The notes below the pieces were generated by a model. It saw nothing but the letters and a program-made list of their open reading frames with translations. It had not been told where the DNA came from and searched no databases. Shown piece after piece: positions 1-11,264 of a stretch of 20,000 nt of DNA. The stretch lies in contig JYFJ02001796.1 of assembly GCA_000934665.2 (NCBI GenBank), forward strand, positions 49,237 through 69,236, written 5' to 3'. Position numbers and translations under genes: made by a program. Numbering within the stretch: the stretch's first letter is position 1; each line of letters starts with the position of its first letter. The DNA is from Catajapyx aquilonaris (lineage: Eukaryota).

Positions 1-1094
1 CATTGGTGGATTTTTTGATGGTCACAAAGAGATATGTACAAAATGAGTGGTCACTCCTTGAATCTTTTCACATTTGGACAAATATTTGGACAATGGTGGA
101 GTGCACCTTTCCCACTAGCAGTAAGCTGAAAGACATTACAGTAATACAGGTTGAGAGTTAGTACGAATGGCTCGCGTTTGTTGTAATTTCCGATGGATTA
201 ATCGCGGTAATATTATTCGACTGCGGTGTCAAATCAGATAAGCAGTTCTGCCAACTTGCGGACCCGGCTCCAATAAACCATAACGGGATTGAAATGTCGC
301 CTGGCACATGACAAGAAACCAGTAATAGAGTATAACCAATCTCATTTCCAGTTCCGGAAAGAATAAATTCAGACCACCCCCCCTGGTCCAGACGTGACGC
401 AGTAACAAAAGCGAAATTCGAGGCACGAGTACCATTTCTCCATTACCACACAGAAAGTAGGAGAGTATTGATACAGGATCCAGGCCAAATTGCGTTCACA
501 CCACCAAAACTAGAAGCCTCTGTTAAGGACCCCTTGTGTGTGTCACCTCCCTCAACGGTAATGGGATCACTTCCAACTCGATTTTTTACACCCTTACACA
601 TGCGTGGCAAAGCAAAACCTCTTGTCGAAATGAATTGCTTTGTGGGCCAACTGTTTTGTCACATGCTGAAAGGCCATAGAAAGTCCCAGAAACAGTTGAC
701 AATATGTATGGCTTTATTTAAGGCGGTTTTCTGGGGAATGAGTAGGGTCTAAATGGGGCGGGCGTGACCGAGTTGAAATTAGTATTCGACAGTCGACGGC
801 CGAGGACAAAATGTGCCGCACTTTCCACGGGGACAAAAACGCATCCTCACGACAGTTTTAATCATGCACAAAGTTGGGGACACGAGTCACAAGGTTACGT
901 AGGGTTTTCATTATGTGGAACTTGCGGATTTGCGGTTAGTAGGTCAGCATGCCAGTGCAGTACAATGAGCCGAAACGTTTTATAGGCGGAAAGTAATAAT
1001 GAAGCATAAAACCAATGAAACGCACAATGGACGACTGTACTACAAGCCAGCCATATAAGCTTGATCCAGCAGGCTTAATAAAGGACACTTTTTT

Positions 1095-1108
1095 GGGGGG
1101 GGGGGGGG
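1095..1108 (+). repeat. Poly-G tract (G14)
   Basis: Read directly from the sequence. Confidence 0.95.
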
Positions 1109-1393
1109 AATCCAGCGCGCACTCAGGTAGACACTGTGTGTTAAACGCGGCGAATTACAGTGATTTCACGTCACTGCTTGACATCAGACCAAATTAAGGT
1201 ACAAAAAATGTACCGGCAGTGCGGCTGCCACTAGTCTGCATAGAAAAATACAATCAGACTCATGTAAGTGGATTGCACTGCAGCATTATGAGTAAGTCGA
1301 GCTTTTTTACGCAACTGGGAGCCATGTTTTATTACATTACTCGATAGTCCGAAGCCACAACACTTGTGCCGGGTGGCGCAATTTGGACCGGAT

Positions 1394-1423
1394 CTACGTA
1401 AGTCGAGGCTACGTAAGTCGGGG
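1394..1423. repeat. 15-bp tandem duplication CTACGTAAGTCG(A/G)GG x2
   Basis: Copies at 1394-1408 and 1409-1423 with one mismatch. Confidence 0.9.
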
Positions 1424-1635
1424 CCTGCCTGTACAGTGTGCTCCATAATAAGTCACACTTTCGGTTGAACAGGGAGGGACTACAATACGCGGCAGTAAAT
1501 CGGGTGTGTAAAAGTTTTGGCCCACGCTACTACTAACAATATAGGGGCCTACATGCAGATGAAGCTGCGGGCGAAACTGGGTGGACGCCAAACCAGCATC
1601 CGGGGCCAAATCCAGGGGAAAAAGAGGAGTCCAGG

Positions 1636-1650
1636 GCTAGCTAGCTAGCT
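1636..1650. repeat. (GCTA)3GCT self-complementary tetranucleotide repeat
   Basis: Read directly from the sequence. Confidence 0.85.
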
Positions 1651-3418
1651 GGCCATTCGTGCTGGCGATATATCACCCGGCTCATTCCTCATTAATCAAG
1701 GACCGCCAATTCCCCAGATAAGGCGAGCATCTCCCAAATAGGCCCGGACGGCTTGCGGGGGGATTCCAACACGAAGCAAAAATAAACCGAGCATGCATGA
1801 CCGAGTCATGAGCTGGCTGGCTTCAGATCCCTGCCTCCGATTAACTCTCTTTAGCTGCTACTTTTTGGGGTGGGAGAGAAAAAAAATTAACCAATGGAAA
1901 AAGAGAGAGGCGAATTGTTTTAGGCATAATACAATTTCTGGGGGCTTGTTTCTGACACGCAATATTCGAGTTCGACTGAAGGCTAATTTTTGGGATAGAA
2001 AAATCATGGCCGGACAACAACAACAAAAAATGTTTTGAACACGCGCGTTTTAATTACGGCGGACTGCATTAAATGCCGGGTGAATGTCATATTTCATTTT
2101 AACGCCCAAATAATGGCTTCTCAAACTCTAAATGTCAAGTCGCATGTTTTGTTTGCTTCTTTACGGCGCAAAATTGCAGGCTGCTACCAGAAAGTGCTTT
2201 CACGCGATCTGTATAGCCATATACGTGTATGGCCGGAAGAGACGCGGTATATACTTGTGACGAGATGTATGATGACGACGGTTGCTCATCCTGATGGAAA
2301 AGTCGGTGTCTGGTGGGCAAAATTAGTATTTCTGGTGCACGTGTGTATATAGTCGCCATGTCGTCTCTTTCTAGGCTGATTTCATTATTTTGTTAGTCAT
2401 TTCATGCCGAATAGACTATACTGTACCTGGCTATGCCAAGACTGGTTATAGGAGAGAACATTGCTTTGCATAACAAAGCTGCTGGAAGTACTCAATTAAT
2501 GCATCTGTCAGCCATGCGGAGACTGCTGATGTGCTGTGCAGTATACTTGACCGTACCAGGCTACATTGTATTATTAGATAGACTGCTCAAGGCTGCTTAC
2601 TCTACTCTACTATATATGTATATGCCTATTCTTAGTGCATAGTACAGTACGATAATTTAGTTCACTGTACTTTAACAAGTTATATACCGAGGAATCAATT
2701 TAACTGCTTAGAGGCAGTAAACACTTGTGTTTACTGGAAATGCTAAGGACGTGGAATTTAGCATATGCGTAGAATATGCAGGTTCTGTATAAATGTGGGC
2801 AAGTCAGGTTATTTTGTACCTTAAAAATCTGATAGGGCTATTCAATGTACGGCTCCTTCGTCCTTGTTGATGGACCATATAGGGCAGGTTCCTATTGGCC
2901 ATGTGCTCTACGTAAGCTAGTTGTTGACTAGAAAAAAATTATCACAAATCGAAGACATACTGGGTATGCTAACTTGGCAAAAACATTTCCAGTCCCCCAG
3001 TGCTATTATAGGGCTACATTAAAGGCCGCTTAAAGTACAGCACGTTCAAAAGTCGGGAGTATTACAAGGCGTAAGAGAACAATCATCATCGCATTCGTTT
3101 TACTGGTGCCAGAAAGTTGGCCTGTACATAACCCTATACTGCAGACAAGCACATCATGTTCATTCCGCGGCTCCATAATAGTGCTGTACCGCGTAAATGC
3201 AAAAGAGAGGAAGGGCTTTACATGCCGATGCTGGAAGCCCCTAATTGGATTAAATACTGCATTACTCCCCGCTGAAAGCATTTGAAGCCTATTAAAAATA
3301 TAATACAATAGTTGGTAATTGATCCAGGCTCTCTCCAGCAGGCAAGTTGTGTACATAGTGCGGGTACTATGCAGGTAGGAGAAGAGTAGAAATTGTAAAC
3401 GGCCAGCCTCCGGGGGAA

Positions 3419-3432
3419 GAGAGAGAGAGAGA
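3419..3432. repeat. (GA)7 microsatellite
   Basis: Read directly from the sequence. Confidence 0.9.
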
Positions 3433-4810
3433 AAAAAGAGGCTAAAACCGAGTCCCATTTGGATTCGGCAGAGGGTCTTGATTGGCTGAGGCTGGCAGTA
3501 GGAACCATGCCCGCCGGGAATGTAAGTCGGCATTAGAATTTGGAAGTAGTCTGAGAAGGAAAGGGCGTGTCTGCTGATGCTTCTTGCTTGCTTGCCTCCC
3601 CATCTCAGCAGCAAGAACTAACCAGAAGAAATCAATAATATGCATGGACAGACCATTGTTCTTGCAGGGATTTTGCAGAGCGTGCGAATCAAGCCAAGCT
3701 TCGTCTAGTTGAGCTCTGATTTGTCCAATTAAGGCTCTCTGGCTTGTCGCCTGGCTTCAAACACCCCCCTATCCTTTCGACCACCTCCCAGCAGCAAAAG
3801 CTGAAGCTCAGCACACACTCCGTATGCAACTAACGACCAGGGATCGATTACTGAGAGAAACGCACATCTCCTCAGGGCCTCTGATTTGCAATATTCCGAC
3901 ACGTTCTCTCCCGATGATTAGTCGTATGCCGCACCCTTCATATACACTTCACACACACATATACAATATGTACCCCCTCTGATCCCCTTGACTCGCACGT
4001 GTCCCTCTCTTTGCTAATTTTCGTCTCTTCAGAGGAGAAGGGGAGGTTAAAAATTGCCGGTTGCAAACAAGGATGAACGAGCCTTTGTGTGCGAATAAGA
4101 CCTATTCAACGCGACGGTGTAATGACCGGTTTGAGGGTTCACGTGGACGTGACGAGTATGGGGGTGTCGGCCATAAAATGAAGGGGACCGCCAGCCCTCA
4201 TTCACTTTTTTGGATAATTTAGGCCGATTGTCGCAGATCCATGTTCGACTTTCAGGGGAGGAGAAAAGAAGGATTAGGCTAACAAGAACTTGTTGGATGT
4301 CAAAAACCTGGCTCAAATTACGTTTTTAATCGGTGACTTTCCATTGAGGAGAAGAGCAATGAAACCTTTAGCATTATACTATGCAGTATTCTTTGTATTA
4401 TAATGTTGACTATATAGCAACACTTTTTAAAAAAATCAACTGTGGTCATTTTGAAAAAAGTCGCAACTACACATATATCGATAAGGCAACCAACATAAAG
4501 AGGTGACATTACCGCTGTTTTTTTGTTGAAATGACGGCTCAAGACGAACAGCAATAAAATACCAAATTTAATATTAAACATCTTGTTGCATCCCCACCAT
4601 ATTTACGAGGGAACGAGAAAGAGAAGAAATGGCGAATAAAATTATCGAGCTATTCCGGAAGTCGTGAATTTTTCAATTTGGGAAGGCGTTTGGTGCCATT
4701 TATTATTATGGAATTTCTAGGTAAAGGGAGTAATTTTGAGGAGTAGCAGCGGGGAGGGAGGCTGTTGATCATGTTCAGGGGACCTAATACAGGAAAGCAA
4801 GTTTATGTAT

Positions 4811-4827
4811 GGGGAGGGGGGGGGGGG
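4811..4827 (+). repeat. Poly-G tract (G4 A G12)
   Basis: Read directly from the sequence. Confidence 0.95.
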
Positions 4828-5000
4828 CACTTCCAGTTGGCGACGTCCCAAAAGTGTCCTAAAAGGAGTCGAGTTTCTTATCCCGGTGGCCTTCAGAAAA
4901 GTGGGACTAGCTGGAATTTGGAAACTGAGACTGGGATAAACGCAGCTCTCAGGACCTATATAGGCGAAGAGGGAAATTTGTGACAGGAAGGCCAAGGCGT

Positions 5001-5021
5001 CTTCTTCTTCTGCTGCTGCTG
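5001..5021. repeat. Compound (CTT)3(CTG)4 repeat
   Basis: Read directly from the sequence. Confidence 0.8.
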
Positions 5022-6689
5022 GGACAGGTGCTGGCCTTACTTTTCCTAATAAAATTCATTCAATAGCTCAAAGCCCCGCCATATATCATCCTCACAGCTT
5101 CTCCCAGATCTCCAAATTGTCTACTGCGCTCCAACTTTCCCCCAGAACTTTGGAAGGGTAAAAAAAAAGAAGAGAAACGCTGTCTCAGCATTGTTGCAAG
5201 AGAGTTTTCCGGTACATCTGTGACCCTGCCCCAAATGAGGTCAGAGCCCCCTCAGGTTATTTGGGCAGATATGACAGTTGGCCAGGTGTTGCGTCACTCT
5301 TAATGAGATGCAATTAGCGAGCCATTGGGAGCGAATGAAGGGGAACCAATCAAAACATGACCATGACTTGGCTCTATAATTGTCTCAGTTCCAGGGACGG
5401 GGACTGAATTTTAAAAGGCGATTGTTGTGATTGGGCGGGGCTGCATGCTCTCGGTACACCCTATAATCATCGGGGTTTTGGGGACCTAGGTGAAAAGCCT
5501 CTGATTTCAAAAAGTACGAGGAATATCTGGGCAGTTACAATCTAGACTCATGAACAAGTGAGTGATAATTGCGCCTATAAAATTTTAATGTCGGGCCTGA
5601 GTGTGACTATTGGGGGAAATTTAAGGCCAGGAAGAAATTAGACTGCTAATGGACCAAGGGGAAAATCATGCGGGGAAGTGACACGACAATAAACGCAATT
5701 AACATGGTTTAGTCGAGTTTACCTGGTGCAATTATGGCAGTTTTTATGAGGATCTCGGAACATTTCTCTTTACTATACAGTATTTGCATAAGTATTACAA
5801 TTTTTTAAACGGATTCATTTTTATTTTTAAAATTGGAATGCAATGGTATCAATAGGCTATATAGAAATCATCCCCGATTCAGTGTCATGTGGCTCAGGCA
5901 TCTCGTGATGATAAAGAAACCTGTCAGCACAGGTCACATATTCACAGGACGTGACGCGCACTCTTTCTTAGGAAGCCCAGCAGGAAGAAGAAGGAAAGGA
6001 AAAAAAAAGTTTTATTGACCGATGATGCGGCCTGCAGCGAGAAAGTTGGGAAGGTTCGGCAGGAGATTGGTGGTGTTTGAAAGGTGGTGGAGCACTCCGG
6101 TATTCAAATGGTGTCGAGCACCTATTTTGTCATTCCGGCCCCTGTGACACTTGGGCAGCGGCATCACTACTGGGACACAGTTGCCATAGTAACTCGGGTG
6201 GTCACCAAGGCGGAAAATGTTTTCAGTACGACTATGGATCGGGACATGCGCTCCTCTTTTTGGTCTGTGCGTGACGCGTGGTGTGTACTACCGGTAGAAT
6301 CTAGTAGAACATTTACTATAGAGCCCAGTTAGGGAAACGAGCAGCTGAAGTAGGATCCCGGAAGGAACCTTCCCCCCAAAAAAAGAGGATGCTGGGACTT
6401 TCATGCAAGATAGGAGGAGCAGGAAAATAATCTGAATTCCAGGCGAGCAAAAGGAAGAGGGGGAATTGTCTAAAAAGAGTCAGAAAAAAATAGCAAGAGA
6501 GAAGTGTTTTGCATGCAAGGCCTGACTTGGAGACACATTTGGATACCCCGCACGTTCTTTAGATTCTCGGCTGTCTACGTGAATAATAGTAAAATGCACA
6601 ATAGACTATCGACTTTGTCGTGGCTCGTGTAATACAAAAAGTGCAAAATGGGAGATTAGGGAAAGGGTGACTGTATTGAAATTTCTGAT

Positions 6690-6719
6690 GGGGTGGGGGA
6701 TGGGGGTTTATATACGGGG
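6690..6719 (+). other. G-quadruplex-like motif
   Basis: GGGG-T-GGGGG-AT-GGGGG-TTTATATAC-GGGG. Confidence 0.5.
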
Positions 6720-8024
6720 CAGAACAAGTTTCAGTCCGAAAAGATACGGTCCCTTTTTCGTGCGACTTTGCCGGTCCATGGTTAGGTGTCTTAAATCTGC
6801 GCACGTTTCACGAAAGTCGGTATTTATGCTTCGGCTTGGAATGATACGCCGGCATAAGTACCAGGTGCTAAACAATATTAAGCGGATGTGCTGGGATGGG
6901 GTAAAAAAAAAAGAGTAATGCAATACCGTAATGAATTTTCGTTGGTGCATCTGATGGAATTTTTCATTCCTGCACGAGCTCCGAGTTTTTCAAGTCAAAG
7001 AAACTGACAGCGCGAGAGACCTTGAAGTTTAGTATTCCGCAGAGGCTGCAGAAATTAATTTGCATATTATTGGCTTGTGGCCGCGCGATTAAAATATGTA
7101 AGCAAGTGGCAAAGGCTTGGCGTAAGAACCATGAAGTTGTCTAATGTACCTAAATGCAAATTACGGTTCGATAATCCTCCCAAGAAGTTGGTTTGCCAAT
7201 TAGTGACTTTTTGCACGATAATTGCAGATTCAGTTGCAGGAGCAAAATTTTGGGCGTAATGAAGTACTGAGTGTAAATCGGTGTTGGTTGCAACAAAATT
7301 GCATCCCGACAATGTAATCAAGACCACGAATTTTTTCGGGGAGTATGCGGAGTAAAAGATTATTGGAATTTTGGGCCCCGTCGTATAAACTTGGCCCTTG
7401 GCCGTAGGGGGTTTAGGAAATCTTTCGTTGCGGAAAACCAATGTTATCATGCTCACGTCGGTATGCGGCAGCCTGAACAATATTCTAATAATAAACCCTA
7501 GACGTGATGAAGCCCCCTCCTTCCTGAAACCGGTGCGTTCTCTGCATAGTTCGTCTTCATTACAGTGGTCAGATATTCTTTTCCTCCAGGCAAAAGACGC
7601 ACAGCTCCCAATAATTGAACCAATCACTGGGCCCGCCTAATTCTCTCCCATCTGAAAGCTAGGGGGCTCTGGAGACTGGCGAATATCATGCATGCTTTTG
7701 CCTGCAGGGATTTCGCCAAGGAACCGGGAGGCTGGGATATTGCTGCATGCCGGGCTTAGAACTTTCTCTTTGGAACTCCCATCCGGCACGAGTTGCCTTC
7801 AAACTTGTCACGGTTGCACACTCGAGGAGAATCCGATAACACATCATGTTGGGAGTAATCATATTTTTACAAGTTCACGAGCAATTGTTTGTAAATGAAA
7901 AACCGGTACCGTGCGCCAGATTTATTGCCCTGGAAGGGTTCAATCCCCGCAATTCATTTGTGGCCAGAACTATAACCTGTATGCGATTGTTTCATCTATT
8001 TTAGGCTGATTTGTGGGTCGAATA

Positions 8025-8037
8025 GTGTGTGTGTGTG
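8025..8037. repeat. (GT)6 microsatellite
   Basis: Read directly from the sequence. Confidence 0.85.
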
Positions 8038-11022
8038 CGAGGAGGAACGGACAGTGGTGATGGCATATCCTCACGCAATGTGCACCTTTTTTTATGTGGG
8101 ATTGCGTTGGAAAGACTTCTTTGGCGTTATGTTAAAGGCCCCAACAGCTCATTGAAACCGTCAAGTCAATTAGGAGCTCTTAGGTGAGTCGTGCATCACC
8201 AGGATCATAAATGCCTTTGCTGGCTCTGGGAATTTTACTTCTCCGGTTACTGCCAGCTTGGGTGGCACTGGCGCATGTTGAGGAACTCCAGCCCCCTTAG
8301 CCTTGTGAATATGGCCTGCATGGCTTGCCAGGAATACGGCCTTTACAATCTCCAACACTCCATTCCTTATATCTGCTTTATAGCAGTTCTCGCTCCACTT
8401 AACACATTCGCACACGTACTTCGAGACTAATTATATCGATAAATAAATGTATGCTTAGTTGGAGTGTTGCACCGCATCCTGCACGTGGATCCGTCTCAAA
8501 GGAGAAGGCTGTCAAAGGACCCTCTCCCTCGAGGGAGAAGATGAGGACTGCATGCAAGCTCATGTCCAACAAGTGATTGGAGAGTTTCTTCCTCGCCACC
8601 AGAGACTCCCCTGTGGCCGCCCCCAGGAAGACACCGAGGGTCCAACTTTGGAAATGAGATTGCTAACCTTGGAGGCTCTGCTCACACTATATATTCGTAC
8701 AAGTTTTGGGGTCGGTCCCCGCAGCAGCACGTGCGAGGGGGGGTTTCCAACGTGCAGGCATGTGTTAATTTCACTCGGTGCACATCTGATGCATCTTTTC
8801 CCCCCATTGCCCCATTCGATATAACTGCCTGCCCCTTCCAAGCTGTTGAAATTCCAAGACAATTTGCCAGCCGTTTGGTGCACGCCCATCCTCACCACTG
8901 CGGCCATTAACTCCAGTCCTTGTCCCCCCTCCTTGCTGTGCAATTCACCTCGGGAAGGGAGGGCACGGGTAGAAAGAATGAGAAAAATCATCATATCTTC
9001 TTTTTCCCTCCTCCTGGTACCGCCTTGCAGGGCTCCAGATGAGAATATAAGAGGCCTTCTCCAATAACAATATTGGCACTCCATGATAGATTACAGCGGG
9101 CCGTTTGCCTCATCCATTATGGCGCCAGGGAGCATGGTCAATTCGGATCGGTCCAGCCAGCCTCCCACTCTCCCCATCCTGGTGATCAAGGGAAAAAGTC
9201 CCCCTGGGAAGGTGGGGGGATGGAATCCCAAAGAGAAGTGTTTCTTGGTCAGCTGTCCTCGTGTCAGGAGGGGGGGAGTGGCTGCTGGGGGAAGATTGAT
9301 AACTACTGGGGGCTCCAGATCATTCTCTGTGTGTATGTTGCCCTCCCTGCAAAACAACGGCCCCTACTCGGACCCTTGCTGTTTCTATCGTTTTAACTGA
9401 GTGTATTAGGGGATTTTTGGGTAATTACGCGTGGAGGACGTGGTCGGAATAATGCTCGTCCATCAAACGGAGGCTCAATAGCAAGCGAGGTTTTGGGCAA
9501 GGATTCCCGGGCGACGGACGCGACGTGGGGATATGTTGCGTCCAACGCTGCTGCATTTCGTTATCGCGACTGGCAACGCTTTGTTGCGTGTGTATATATA
9601 TTGGGGGCGCCATCGCCATGGCGGTTTCAAGGTACGTGAGCAAAATATGCCCCCGCCGTCACATCGAGCAGGAAATACGTCTGGAACGATGGGAACACAC
9701 ACTTTTGCCGACTGATTTATCGTATTGCAGCACAACATTAGGCACTGTTGCCATCGACAATGATGGTCCATTATTATTTTATGCATATTGTGGCAGTGCA
9801 GGCGTGCGGTGCATAAGTTACGTCGTGCGGTAGGGCGCACTTGGCCTATTATTGCCACCAATATTTGGTGCGTTCAATTTTGTTGCTCCTGCGGGATCGA
9901 ATGATTGGAGTTACATATATTTCAGGTGCTACACAACCATCGGGTTTAATATTTGCACAAATGTTATTTTATGACATTTTAAAAATATACAGGCTATACA
10001 CCACCAAGGCGCCTTTTTTGACAGGTAGTACCATCAGACTTCAATAAATTATCGCGAGTGAAATAATGTCCCATCAGCCTATGAAGTGCTGCCGATCCCT
10101 CTTGAGGTTTCTAAGCGTGTGTTGCAAGTTTTTCCCCGGCGGTGCACGTATAAAGTAACTACTTGAGTGCAGTGTACGTGACAAGCTGGCGTTAAGGGCA
10201 TCTGTGCGCATTGTAGCTGCACTTCTTGAACGTGAGTTTATTACTCGGCGGGGCCCGGCGCAAATAAAATGAAAAGACACGAGTCATTTAATCTAGGGAA
10301 AAGGCCGACTTGTTCCGTGTGTTAATGAGACGGTCCCGAGGATTAGGAGCGGTACTTGGATGCAACTTTGTTATACTTTTCACTCTTATTGCTCTTAGCG
10401 TTAATGTTTGTAGGGCGTTTTGGATTTTGTGGGGCAATTTCATGCGCGAGGCTTAAGCCGTCTTGAAGGCAGCATTCAAGTGTATGTATACAGGGGAGGG
10501 TGCAAGAGCCATTGTGAAGTTGTCCACATGACTTATTGTTGCATGGGAAAGGGGGGAAAAATATACCGGCATTAACAATCACGACTGCGCTATAAATAAT
10601 CCGGAGTCCGCTTTTGCGTTTTCCGGTCTGGTTGCCAACTTGCAAAATGCGGGGCCATTTACATAGATTAACAAGAGAAGGGTCATAACGAGTGGGCCGG
10701 TTATTTGTCCTGCAAGTGTTGGGAGGAACGGTCAGCCTGTTGGACAGGAAGAAAAAGCGCAAAACATGCTGACTGGACCGTCTCTTCCTTCCGTTTGCAT
10801 ACTCCATTCCTTGGTGGCGTATATAACTCAAAGAGGGGAAAAAAAGAGACACTTTTTGGGGAGCTGACTACAGAAAGGCTCTTCGTCCCCCGGCAATGGG
10901 AATCGGGGAGAGTAATGGATGGACTTGGCTCACTTTTCCGACAGAGCCAGCCACTTGCCCAACCCATCGTCGGGGACATGCGCTTGGTCATTCAGTCGTC
11001 GGGAGGGAAGAAGAAGAAAGAA

Positions 11023-11034
11023 GGGGGGGGGGGG
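11023..11034 (+). repeat. Poly-G tract (G12) inside a long polypurine stretch
   Basis: Read directly; preceded by GGGAGGGAAGAAGAAGAAAGAA. Confidence 0.95.
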
Positions 11035-11223
11035 AAATAGAAAAGCAGAAAAGAATGGAGTCATCAGGGTGGAGCAAGTTCTAGGAGACGAAAAAAAAGT
11101 TTTTTGCATTGTAGTGCTAGCAGGATTAGTCCATCAGTTCAATGATTCGGAGTGATGTCTAGGGGGATCCGAGGAAGTGATGATGTGCCGCAATTCTTGG
11201 CAACAAAGTTGTGCTTGTCGCAG

Positions 11224-11264
11224 GGTGGTGGTGGAGGAGGAGGAGGAAGGAAGGAAGGAAGGAA
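11224..11264. repeat. Compound purine-rich microsatellite (GGT)3(GGA)4-5(GGAA)5
   Basis: Read directly from the sequence. Confidence 0.9.

Noticed and set aside
72..93. Short near-tandem duplications (ATTTGGACAA x2; also TATACCCGG x2 at 12383-12403)
   Set aside because: Two-copy slippage products, with no spacer array or regularity suggesting CRISPR or satellite structure.
140..660. Long minus-strand frame with a single internal stop
   Set aside because: No family resemblance and no start or splice context that would make it a gene or an identifiable pseudogene.
3030..3614. Longest ORF in the track (194 aa, minus strand)
   Set aside because: Runs through a (GA)n microsatellite and low-complexity sequence; no domain or codon bias apparent.
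5776..5796. TA-CAGTATTTGCATAAGTATT resembling a Tc1-like transposon end
   Set aside because: No partner inverted repeat and no transposase remnant found in the window.
7067..7627. 186-aa minus-strand ORF
   Set aside because: No recognisable motif and no codon bias; overlaps shorter ORFs on the opposite strand.
7937..7947. Pol III B-box-like GGTTCAATCCC
   Set aside because: No convincing A-box, cloverleaf, SINE tail or target-site duplication.
8181..8189. Perfect donor-like AG|GTGAGT on the + strand
   Set aside because: No plausible upstream exon, acceptor or promoter context, unlike the site at 18996.
8170..8415. Minus-strand ORF containing KADIRNGVLEIV, reminiscent of the HSP20/alpha-crystallin A-x-x-x-NGVL-x-I motif
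   Set aside because: The upstream F-x-R-x-x-x-LP motif and the downstream PK are missing, an in-frame stop lies just upstream, and there is no clear exon structure; best treated as a chance match.
8523..8538. 16-bp perfect palindrome TCTCCCTCGAGGGAGA
   Set aside because: About 0.3 such palindromes are expected by chance in 20 kb; no supporting context.
8560..9357. Nearly continuous minus-strand frame (88 aa + 174 aa separated by one stop) starting near an acceptor-like TTTTGCAG
   Set aside because: No recognisable domain, composition looks random (rich in G/R/S/P), and similar-length ORFs overlap on both strands, as expected in ~50% GC non-coding DNA.
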